Source of the DNA: Mayamaea pseudoterrestris
Taxonomy: Eukaryota
Length of the DNA: 64,000 nt
Direction of reading: 5' to 3'
Assembly: GCA_027923505.1 (NCBI GenBank)
Contig: BROI01000015.1
Coordinates: 620,001 to 684,000, forward strand
Part shown: positions 34,857 through 45,694 of the stretch, piece by piece
Position numbering within the stretch: position 1 is the first letter of the stretch
Layout: every line of letters starts with the position of its first letter
The notes under the pieces: model-generated
The model's database searches: none
Seen by the model: only the letters and a program-made list of their open reading frames with translations
What the model was told of the DNA's origin: nothing
Position numbers and translations under genes: made by a program

Positions 34857-36761
34857 ATGAACAGTGGAGGCCGCGACAATACTCACAGCGCTGTTAGCGC
34901 CGCCATGGCGAACCGGCGAATCGAGTCGCTCCGTCGTTTGAACGAGTCATCCGGATCCGGACCAGCGCGACGACCCCTTTCGCCCAACAGCCAGAAGCAG
35001 CGGCTCGAGGAACGAATTCGAGAATTGCGACTTTATGAAGGAAGGAATGTGTTTGGAGTGGTTCGACAGCCGATCATGATTGCAGGAGCTGGTAATTCAC
35101 CACCGGAATCGGATGGAAGCAGCAGCAATAACGATGCGGCAGTGACACGCGCAGTGATTGCACCACCACAATTGATTCAGAAAGTGTCATCGCCGCCTCA
35201 AGCTTCCGAAGACGACAAATTTCACTCTGTGACAATGGAACGAATGACCAGTGAACAATCTGTTCGCTCTTTTGCATCGGAGGACGACGACCAGTTTGTG
35301 GAAGAAACTTTACAAGTCGCTGGAATGGCGAAACCCAACGGCAACAGCAGTGAGCATGTTACTAACACTACCAGCAGCAGCCACAGTATGAGCAATAGCA
35401 GTCATCATAGCTATCAATCGGCTCAGAGGATGGTTCAACGAGTACCAAGGTTGTATGGAGATGTCGAAGCTGATCTCGTAGAGCAGGAATTGGAAGGACC
35501 AACTGCAATACAAGATCGACGCGTCCCTAAGCAACAAGCACATGCGCAGCGTACTAGAAATCTACAGCATCTTCCAAATGTCGAAGCATTGAACCGTAAG
35601 CTGGCTCTTCAGCAACTTGTTCAGCAAAAGCTTCTTCAGCAGCAGCAACAGTTGGCTCAACAGAGTCAACATGAGCAGGAGCAGATATATCTAGACAGAC
35701 CACCACAGGAAGGCAATTTGTCGGCCAGAGATGTGCTCATTCACCGCAAGATTCAGCAGCAGCGAGAGCTTAATTTGCAGCGCAAGGCACAAGCGGCGCA
35801 GCAGCTGCAGCGAGAGCTATCGGAACGACAAATGATGATGGCGTCGCAGCAACCGCAACAACAGCCATCTTTGTCGCAAGCTCAGGGCGGAAATCGTCTT
35901 ACGTTGCAGCAGCAACAATTGTTACTTTTGCAGAGGGATTTGAAGCTAAAAAGGGAGCTTGGAAGGAATTTCCCGCAGCGACCAGCAACGCTCAATGCAC
36001 CCTCTGAACGTGGCTTAGCTCATCAACCCGCTGCTGCAGGATATAGTGGACCAAGAGACGGCGGCTATTTGCTGCAGCAGCCTCACCGACAATTGTCTGC
36101 ACAGAATTTGCAAAACAGTCAGCACTTGACTGTGAGCATGCATGGCCATGAGGCACCTCTATATTCAGACTATCCGCATCACCATCCGTCGCAGGACTAC
36201 AGCGACAGGGTTCATGCTCGCGGCATTCCTCCTGCATCGCATGCAGTCTACCGCCAGCCGCAACATCGTTACGAACCATATAACAACGACGAACCTGTAT
36301 ACCAAACCGGAATTTCTCAAAGAGACTTGATGCAGCGAGGTAACTCAGGGTTTGCACCAGCTCGCATGAACTCGACGCGTTCCATTTCCACCATTGGGTC
36401 AGTAGTTGCTCCTCCACCGCCACCCGCTGAAAAAATGGTGGAAGTTTCGCCCGACTTTTGGGTGCGGCTGCGCGGAGCGGATGAAACATGGGCGGCAGTG
36501 GAGCATGACTTTTACGCGCCGGTCACTTGCTTTGGGTGTAGCCTGGAGCTTTTTTGCATACAAGACGCTGACTTTGTTTTATGTCCTACATGCCGCGTCG
36601 TGAGTCCAATGAACGGAATAGGCGGTGGCCAGAGACCAAACGGACGAGACGGTGGTGTGGGTCTTGGGTTTACCTACGACAGTTTAATGCGATGGCAGTC
36701 GGAGATTCTTGAGGCTCGGCAGCGAAGACGAACATATGATGGCGGCGTGTATGCATCATAA
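34857..36761 (+). CDS. Q-rich protein with C-terminal CxxC..CxxC..GGVGLG domain, copy A
   Basis: 634-aa ORF; CFGC..CIQDADFVLCPTC..GGVGLGF. Confidence 0.82.
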   Translation: MNSGGRDNTHSAVSAAMANRRIESLRRLNESSGSGPARRPLSPNSQKQRLEERIRELRLYEGRNVFGVVRQPIMIAGAGNSPPESDGSSSNNDAAVTRAVIAPPQLIQKVSSPPQASEDDKFHSVTMERMTSEQSVRSFASEDDDQFVEETLQVAGMAKPNGNSSEHVTNTTSSSHSMSNSSHHSYQSAQRMVQRVPRLYGDVEADLVEQELEGPTAIQDRRVPKQQAHAQRTRNLQHLPNVEALNRKLALQQLVQQKLLQQQQQLAQQSQHEQEQIYLDRPPQEGNLSARDVLIHRKIQQQRELNLQRKAQAAQQLQRELSERQMMMASQQPQQQPSLSQAQGGNRLTLQQQQLLLLQRDLKLKRELGRNFPQRPATLNAPSERGLAHQPAAAGYSGPRDGGYLLQQPHRQLSAQNLQNSQHLTVSMHGHEAPLYSDYPHHHPSQDYSDRVHARGIPPASHAVYRQPQHRYEPYNNDEPVYQTGISQRDLMQRGNSGFAPARMNSTRSISTIGSVVAPPPPPAEKMVEVSPDFWVRLRGADETWAAVEHDFYAPVTCFGCSLELFCIQDADFVLCPTCRVVSPMNGIGGGQRPNGRDGGVGLGFTYDSLMRWQSEILEARQRRRTYDGGVYAS

Positions 36762-36880
36762 TTATGTGTAGTTATGAGGATTAAAACCGCTTGAGCTATC
36801 ATGTGCGCGAAATAAGTTTTCACAAAAATTGTCGTTAAAATTTTAGATTTATATATAAAAGTGTTGAGCAACACAGCTTT

Positions 36881-38641
36881 CTACTGCGACTCCATCGTCT
36901 CCATGTGCGACGAAGGTACAAACGCTTCCTCGTCGTCTTCGGCAATTGGTTGTGGAATATGCATTTCTTTCGCCTTAGGTTCCACTTGCTCGCTAAATAA
37001 GCCATCATGTACTCGCATCGAAACTTGTTGCTTCCTCTCTGAGCGCTTGCGAACAATATCGTGGAAACGATCAAGATCAACTCGGAACATGTCATTTTCG
37101 ACTCGTAGGCATGGTCGGAAAGCTGCACCATTGTCCCATATAACATCTGCAGCTCGGTAACTATACAGCGCTGTGAACGAGCCCGATGTCAATGGATCGA
37201 TTCCTTCAACAAGGCAAATTACCTCGCTGATATTGTCCATGAAATGATTCTGTAGCACCTTTAAGTCTTGTTCAGGAATAAAGCTGTCCATGCTTAGCTC
37301 ATGCGGCTGGATAGACAGGTGCGTTCCTTCAATTGGATACCCATTCTTGCGTTCCAAACGCTGCTGGAAGTTGACATGTTTGATCCATCGCTCATGCGTT
37401 CCATAATCGTCGCCGCAAATGAAACAAACGACTTCTTCGCGGTTGCAACTTCCCGAATCGGCTTGGCGTAACACGAGGCCCTGATTGTTGTGCGTGTTGA
37501 CAGGGTTTGCGGCGTGGCCGTTGTCATCGCGCGATGGGTGCAGCAAACTGTAAATATCAATGTGGTGACTGACGACTTGTGGCAGCGATAGAAAGAGCAT
37601 TCCGCCAAGGTCGTCATTGGGTTGGATGGTACGCAACGGCCTTGGGACGGGTCGATCCTTTGTGACGCCGTAGAGCCGCACGTGCGCTTCGACAACCGGG
37701 TGGCGCGAGTCCACGTCAAACACTCGAAACATGAAGCGGACCTGGTTTCCGTCAATCGAAACTATTGCCTTATTGCTAAAGACAACTTGCGCACTTCGAT
37801 TCGCTGCGTTGGCTATCCTGGCTATGATAATGGCAATCAGAAAGGCTGTAGTTAAAGAAGAACAGAATCGATGTAAGTCCACAACCTCTTTAATAAGTTC
37901 GTTCAATCCGATCGAGAGAAACCTACCATTAAAGAACATTGACATTGTCATCTGAAGGTAAACAGTGAACTGGAAGGCCGGACAATATTCAAAGAATGCA
38001 TTGACGCTGTTTTGATCAGGATAGATCAGAGTAATTTGGGTGAGTCGCGACAAAACGATAATCCGTTGTTTGCAAACAACGAGAAGTCAACCACTTTCTA
38101 GAGAGGCTTGTTCAACTTGAGTCTCGTCGTGTAAACGTCATGCATCAAATAATTGGCAGCAATCCCTCCGTTTTCCCGCATCAGGAACTCACCTGTTGGG
38201 TAATCCATATCCTAAAGTCGTGCATGTCTCCAGCGAAAAGGCAAACGCCGTATAGTAGCTGGCCTGTGTACCACGCAATCCAATGCCACAAGCTGCAGAT
38301 TGTTCACTTCGATCGACAGCCATGTATGCCGCAGCCCATACGAGAATGATGCTGGTCCAGATACAAAGCAGCATGAGCGTCGTCTTCCAGGCAGGGAGCC
38401 GCAACAATACATGGAAGAAATCATGGCGCAGCAAGCGGCCAATCTTGGTCGTTCCTTGATTATGCTTGACTTGAATAATGTTTCTTGATTGGTTGAATGG
38501 AAGATTGCGACGCACTAGACGAGGAGTATCCTCTTCATAGTCAAAGGCGTCCTCGTAAGGTTCGTCCATTTCCGCATCGGTTTCACCGTTAATTCGGAAC
38601 GAGCCTGCATCGTCCACAATGTTTCTTTCGCTTTCATTCAT
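36881..38641 (-). CDS. Inward-rectifier-type potassium channel, copy A
   Basis: DFFHVLLRLPAW slide helix and TM1; AFAFSLETCTTLGYG filter; VVFSNKA..FMFRV and EVICLVEG..SY. Introns 38192-38007 and 37926-37846. Confidence 0.9.
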
Positions 38642-38919
38642 ATCAGGAGTGATTTAGTGCAGTATTGCAAAGCGACAGGATGACAGGATCTACCGTAGAG
38701 CAAGAAAGTTATGGTGAGCACATCATGGTCACGACGGAGTGATGAGAGCCATGATCGAATGTCGTCACAGTAGTTTTGGCGGCATCACCCAGTTTTAGCT
38801 ACTGTATCTGTAAGTGCTCGTAATCGTATGTACAAGTTACAATATGTACTTTCGCTTTACAGTACCATTAATAGGTTTACATTCTGCAAATAAATCTATA
38901 CGGCTAGATAAGGAGATCA

Positions 38920-39960
38920 CTATAGATCAGGGAGCTTTGCTGCTTCTCCAAGCTTCGCGGCCGCCGAGCTCATTGTTTCCGTCAGCGATGCCACATCCTG
39001 TTCGTTAATGTTTTGAAGCCACTGCTTGGGCAAATCAAGATTCTCAAAGCGACTGGCGTAATCGGCAACTGCTTCCTTGGTCGGAATGAATCCAATGTTT
39101 GTGTAAAACTGTCGAAGCAAATCGTCCCACGCAGTGACCGCCAAGGTAGAAAGTACGACTGCAAGCACCATGAAAAAGACCTGCAATAATGCGGAGCCCA
39201 AACTTGGCCACACTCCTTGACTCAGCTCATACGTTGCTTGCTCCACTGGATTCTCCTTCATGAGCGGGTCAGCCTCCTCCTTTTCCTCCTGCGTCATTTC
39301 GTCTTCTGGATCGTAAAACATGGTCGGCATGCTTTCGTCCCAGTTTGACGATGACTTTGACTCCGTTGCCGTCGCACTAATCTTGCTTAAATCTAGACCT
39401 CCAAAACTCTCTTCATTGGCAGCTCGAGGCCCGGCCTTGATGGCTTCCTCTCGCTTTTGTGCAATGTAGTCTGCCGTCGCCTGACTTTTTTCAATGCCAA
39501 GTTTCGCTGCTCTAGCCTGAATAGACGCTCTCATTTTGGCTATACTGTCATCCTTGTACTATCAATGATGAAAGAATTGGAATTGTAAATGTCAGTAAGA
39601 AGAGGACTTGTGAATGAGCCCGTTCGTTTCGTGCTGGTTACCACAACGCTAGGGCTGTTTACGTACCTCTGGATTCATGTCGAAATCTCCCATCTGATCC
39701 ATCTTTTGTCGATCTTCCTCGTCAATCAATGAAGCTCCGGCTTCGTCAAAGGATGTCCTCTTGGCATATTCCTCGTCTTGGTTGTTGGAACTTTGCAGCA
39801 AAGCAGTCGGCGTGGATATTCGTGACTGAGCTATAACACGTGAACTCCGTCTGTTTGTTTGCGGTACCAGTGTGAAGGCATCGGATAGGCACAGCGACGA
39901 AACTATTGCAGCGAGGAGCAGCCAGCAGGAGCAATTTCTTCGCTCATGAATATAAGGCAT
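38920..39960 (-). CDS. Plastid-targeted SecE-like translocase subunit, copy A
   Basis: Presequence LLLAAIVSSLCLSDAF; intron 39666-39559; ELSQGVWPS followed by a TM helix ending WD, resembling the SecE motif. Confidence 0.65.
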
Positions 39961-40419
39961 TCTGTGGATTGTTGTAAATCGTCGGATTAACGAAATTTGC
40001 AGGTGGCTTTGATGCAATAAATTTGAAGATTATTGAGCAACGATTAGAGGGCTGACTCGCGCACAATTCGTCGATTGCTTCTACTAGAGCAAACGGAGGT
40101 TTGATGGATCGACGGAAAAATCTTCATGGTGGTGCATGGCTTCAAACTCGCCAAGCCCATCAAGGACAAGGTTACTGATGCGAAAGTACGTCAGTCCCGT
40201 CTGGCTTCGTCCGTTCGTGGCGCGCTCGTGGTTTCGCCTTGATCTCGGCACCACAGCTTCGCTCACCATCGCGTCAGGTCTCCCTTTCGTTGATGGCTGC
40301 TGGTCTGCAACCAGAGACTGCTTCCAGCCTGGGCGACGAAATTGGTTGTGCTTGCTATCATACATTCAAGTAGGAATACACGTAGGATATCGCATAAGCT
40401 ACTGCATAAACGAGCAACC

Positions 40420-41761
40420 ATGAAGATCACATTGAGCTTGGCATGCTTATCATCGGCTTTGGCCTTTTCTCCTGCCTTGATCGCACATCAAAAGCGGTGA
40501 GTGATGATCATGGCATGCTGCTGCTGCTACTGCAGTTTTAACGTGCTAGAATAATTACTGACATTTCTGATTCTGTTTCAGATCTCATTTAAAGTCTGCC
40601 GTCATGGAAGACACAGCGACAGTCACCATGACTAGCAGCAGCAGCACCTCGGATGACGCTCCCGCCAAGACGAAGCTTCCAACGCGATTTGATACATTTC
40701 TAAAAAAGTACAAGGGCCGACGCCCTATTGTCGTTGAATCAGACGAGGTTTCCTTCACATACCAAGATTTTGCTACTGCCGTACAAAACACTGAATATTC
40801 GTTCCAACGAGACGCGATTGTGCCAGGCATGGCCATGGAATACTCTGGCAACGGTGCGCTCATTGACATTGGCGCCAAGGCGAGTGCCTTTCTTCCGTTG
40901 CAGGAGGCTGCACTGACGCTGCTACCCGGCCAGACGATTGGTGACATTATTCCTTTAGAACAAACCATGGACTTTCAAATCATTAGCGAAGAAAATGAGG
41001 AAGGACAGCTTAACGTTAGCATCCGACGCTTGCAGTACAAGAAGGCTTGGGAGGCTGTTGTCAAGCTTGCCGAGCAGGATGCCATTATCCAGGCTCCAGT
41101 CATTCAAGTAAATCGCGGTGGTGCCATTTGTTTGGTGGAGGGACTGCGAGCATTTCTGCCTGGATCGCACTTGTCCGGCCGACTGCCCGACGAAAATCTT
41201 GTTGGCGAAACACTTCCATTAAAGTTTCTTGAAGTTAATATTGAAACAAACAAGCTTGTTGTCTCCAACCGTAAGGCTGTGGTCGAGTCGCAAATGGCTG
41301 ACCTTAGTCGAGGAGACCTTGTCGAAGGTATCGTCAAGGCGCTCAAACCATACGGAGCCTTTATTGAAGTCGGCGGCATGTCGGGACTTTTGCACATTAG
41401 TCAGATTAGTTATGATCGTATCGACGATCTTGAAAAGGTCTTGCAGCCAAACATGCGCGTCAAGTGCATGATCATTGACCATGACAAGGTAAATGGACGC
41501 ATTGCGCTCAGCACCAAGACGCTCGAGCCGCAACCAGGTGACATGCTCAAGGATGCCAACATGGTGTTTGAAAAGGCCGAGGAAACCGCCAAGGCTTACC
41601 TGGAAAAGATGGAAAGGGAGAGACAGCAACGAGAGGAAGCTGCTCGGGATGTTGTTTTGAGTCTGGGCGATTCCCTAGACGAATTGACTGGTGGTGCGGA
41701 TGGAGATTCGAGTGACCCACTCCAAGATGTTTCGGATAGCCTCGACTCCCTCTTGTCGTAA
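40420..41761 (+). CDS. rps1: Plastid 30S ribosomal protein S1, copy A
   Basis: Presequence MKITLSLACLSSALAFSP; intron 40497-40581; three S1 domains (GALIDIGAKASAFLP, GLRAFLPGSH, YGAFIEVGGMSGLLHISQIS, LSTKTLEPQPGDM). Confidence 0.93.
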
Positions 41762-41876
41762 GCATACTAATGAATTACAGTTAAACTAGCTCATTCTTCT
41801 TTTATGTAAAGGCTGTTGTTACAAATGAATGGAATGCACAAATTGATTATTCGTTGTCGCTCGCCTGCGGAACGCA

Positions 41877-43389
41877 TCACACATTTGTGGCTTGAGTTGG
41901 AACTTCACTTGGGCTGAGCGGATCCTGAGCTTGCGCTGGCTGCGGCTGCACTTCGGCTTGAATGGGCTGCTCAACTTGAGCATGTCCTTGATCCATTGAA
42001 TGTGGTGCGTGTCCCTGCTCACGACTTTGGAAGAACATTCCCTCGTCCATTTCCACGACACCCAGAGCACGACATCCATCTGCCCAATAGTGTTTACCGC
42101 CACATGCATTATCCTTCCGCTCTCGCAATCGCTTGAGATCGTCGCGAATCGCGGCCGGAATAGTTTGGCAAGCCTGGATCAAGTGGCTTTCGACGGACGA
42201 TGATGTTAGTATGACACGCTGCCCTGGACGTCCCTTCATACGCGGTCGACTACCTACCTGCTTGCCATGTTTTGTGCCGCTTGATAGACTCCAAGTAGCT
42301 TACTGGGATAATAGACAGCTCCACGCCCCCGACTGCGAAGAGGATATCCCGAGCAATGACGGCATCGCAATCCAACCTGATTCGCATAGATGGCACAGTA
42401 CATGAGAGGGACATTTTTATTACATATCCAATGGCACATTTGCAGGTATACGTACCTGACCCAAAACAACCGGCTTCTTCCGTCCCTGCGTATTGCATTC
42501 AATATCTTCCGGCCCCGCCTGAAAGAGCTCCAACTGCTTGCGCAGCAGCGACTGATAGTCGGATAGCTGCTCCACGTCGCACTGCATAAATAGCGGCGTC
42601 CCCTGCGCAGCTGGCGTGCGCCCATGGCTGTGCATCATCATCATGGCCACGAACATATTGTGCGGATTGTTTGCGCCGCCGGGAGGGTAGGGCGGTGGAG
42701 GAATTGGCACGTGGGGAGGAGGGGATCGGCCGTATGGCATCATGAATGGAGGCATGTTGCTAGGCGAGAAGCCAGGCGGGAACGGAAACGGGAATGGCTG
42801 AGGTCGGTTGTCAGTGTTTGGAGTTGACATTGCATTGGATTCCGCCGCAGCCGAAGCATCCTTCAGCTCATCCAATTCCTCGTTTGAGGCTTTTGGTTCT
42901 CCGTGATGGTCTGACTTGCTTGCAAAAGGAGGACTACGAGAAGTCCCCTCAGACTTATTTGGCGTCGTCTGCAAGAAAGGAGGATGCCCAAATGGAGGAG
43001 GTGGATAATAATATCCGTACATTGGATATCCTGGGAAAGGAGGATGAATAGATCCAACTGATGGGTGTTGCGGCGAAGGGGAGGAAACAACACCAGCGTC
43101 ATCTTTTGGTGGACGGTGAGCTTGGATTGGTTCCGGGCTGAGTGCAATATGTTCCTCCGCGTCAATTTTCAAGCGCTTTTTCTCGTCGGTGTCTGTGTAA
43201 TAAAGAAAACGCGCAAAAGATTAGGCTGGCCATTCATGGCGAAGCCCTGTCCGTCTCAAGTTGCAAGTTGCAACCACATCGCTGCCCTCTTCGGGCGGGT
43301 GATTGTCTTGAACAAAAACACCTACCATCATCAAAATCCTCCTTTCGTTTCGGCGGTGAGGACGTTTCCTCTCCCTCTCCTCCTGTCAT
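41877..43389 (-). CDS. Pro-rich protein with LSxYQ..GLRCRHC..YYP..H..C..GGKxYW domain, copy A (4 exons)
   Basis: Introns (~43325-43193, 42455-42377, ~42257-42187) join the ORF pieces into one frame; likely ATG 43389. Confidence 0.75.
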
Positions 43390-43669
43390 TTTTATTGCAA
43401 AGGATGAATGAGCGATGCGTCGTGAGGACGTTTTAAACGACGGCCCTTCTTGTTTTGTGCCATGGTGGATCACGTTTCCAACGCCAGCCAGTCTTTCAAA
43501 GTCCCACCGGTACTGATAAAGCTATTTCAACCATGCATGCTTCCCAAGTGATTGTTAGTACTTCGCGCTGGTCTACCATTTGCAGGATATTGTCATGGCA
43601 AGTAAAGACGTTTCATATAGGAATCTAAAGGAACGAGTCAGGCTTGTAGGCCCAAGCCTAGCAGTCGCG

Positions 43670-45667
43670 TTACTTCTGCTTCTGCCTCAAAAATTGCCAA
43701 AGCTCCGCCGCCTTCGAGTCTTTCGGTGTGTAGCCGTTCAAGCCCAGAATCGTTCCGCTGCTGATGCAGTCGAACAACCAATTGTACTCAACAACAAGAA
43801 CCTGTTCAGAATGTGCTCGAACTGCTTCTTCCAGAGGACGACTTATCTTTGTCGTGGCGTTACATAGGCAAACTAGGTTTTGTTTTGAGGAAAGCAGCTT
43901 CTTGGCGGCGCCGGCATTTGGTAGAATACTTGCTCCAGCAGCTTTGATAAGAATGCTCATGTCATGAGCTTGCTTATCAAAAGAGCCGCATAAAAGAAAA
44001 GCGACACTACTCAACAGATGAGCTCCAATACCTCGCATCTTCGCAGCAGCTTGCTTGGCTACACCAAAGACGCATGATTTGTTGGTGATGTCTCCGCTCG
44101 GCAATGATCGAATGATGGTTGCCGCTGATGGTACGACAATGCGTGTGCGGGTCAAGCATTCGGACATCCAGGATTGTGTGACAATCTCAATGCCAGCGAG
44201 CGCCGCCTGCATCGCCTTCCGTCGGCGGGTCTTTGCAGTGAGATCGCCAGTACTGTTGGACACTTTTTGTTCGGCAGGAAGAATGAGAAGTGTTGTTTTG
44301 TTACTGTCAAAAGTGTCCGAAGCTTTGACGCGCGCTGTGGCATGTGAATGAAACTGTCAGGCACGGAGTCGACTTGGTGTCTTTAAAAGGACGAGTACGT
44401 ACCATTCCACTTGATGCTTTTTGAGCAAAGAGATTTGAGCTGTGCAGCGTCGTGCGCCGATAAGCTGGAAGTGATAACATGGATTGTCTTCTTTGCCAAA
44501 GCTGTTTCAAAACGCTGCATGTACCATTCATCCGCCTGACGACAAACATCGCTCGTCGACAACCTTGACAAAATGCCTCGATTGATTCCAGACTCATTAT
44601 CTACCGAGGCGCTTCGTTTACTGTCTGCATTGGTATTCGTGATAGCCTTGCGTTTCAATCCGCGGGCAGGTGGAAGAGCTATTGCTGTTTCATTTTCTTT
44701 CCCGACATCAAACCCGTCGTTTGCTAGTTTCTTTAGCAAGGCAGGTGGGAGATGACTTTCAATTGTTTTAGCGATACGACGCGAGGCACGAAGTAAACTC
44801 TTTCCACGAGGATTGTGACCTCCAGTTTCAGAGACAACTCGCGATGCTGCGTCGTTATTTGCATCGACAAGCGAGACAAAAACAGCGTCAACCCTTGTCT
44901 CTCGTCCACCCAAGACGTATGCAACATCATATGACAAAACATGGTTTTCAATGTGAGCTTTAGTAACTCGTCCGACGCCGCCGTGTTTGTTTATGCCTGG
45001 CCAGGTACGTGCCTTCACCATGACGACTTGTCCGTCGCTAAAGACTGCCGGCGATTGCTCTGTAACTTCCGTTTGGACGATAGGAGCATAACTATCATCA
45101 TTAGCGCTGCTCATGGCAAGGGGTTCGCCAGTCGCCGCAAAAGTTGGTCGTTGCGCTTGATTAGCAACCACCCCTTGTCATTCGCTGTTCCTTCATCGCT
45201 GGCTAACGCCGGAAGAGCGCTGACGCATTCGTTGCTAACTAAAGCGTCAACATTTACATCTGTTGTTGTTTGTACTTGCTCTTCGCAAGCGGAATCGACG
45301 AACAATTCGCAGGTCTCGTCGTTCGTGGCGGAAACATTGCTAGACGTAGCGACATTAGTTGAAACAGTCGTTGCATCTTTGCCAGCCAGCTCTATGCCCG
45401 CTGCTTGGTTTCTCAACGTTGATTGGATCCGCTATCAAAAGCGTCCCTAGTGCTAGCCGCAACTGCATGAGAAATTAGGTCAAGCCCATTGCCGCCGCCG
45501 CCATCGTCATCATCGGTATCCTCGTCCGTCAGCTGGCCCATGGGAGGAGGAAAGTTCGCCGCGGCGACGGCGGCAACTCTTTGCATCGAGGACTCGTCGC
45601 CCGATGTCGTGCTATCGTCGTCAAGCGATGAATCCATGTCGACCGCATCTGCGATGTCATCAAACAT
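43670..45667 (-). CDS. Tandem-BRCT protein with RTWPGINK..GGVG (Tudor-like) segment; 5' part frameshifted or possibly truncated
   Basis: BRCT-like IVTQSWMSECL and LIKAAGA..VVEYNWLFDCI; intron ~44402-44335; apparent frameshifts near 45170 and 45415. The 5' end is uncertain. Confidence 0.7.
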
Positions 45668-45694
45668 TTTCTCCCAAGAAGCGAGTGAAAAGAC

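Larger units (their letters stand above)
29886..42401. repeat. Duplicated block, copy A (part with a visible counterpart)
   Basis: Collinear near-identical match to 50675..64000; homology starts at gtaattcgccgcac in both copies. Confidence 0.95.
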
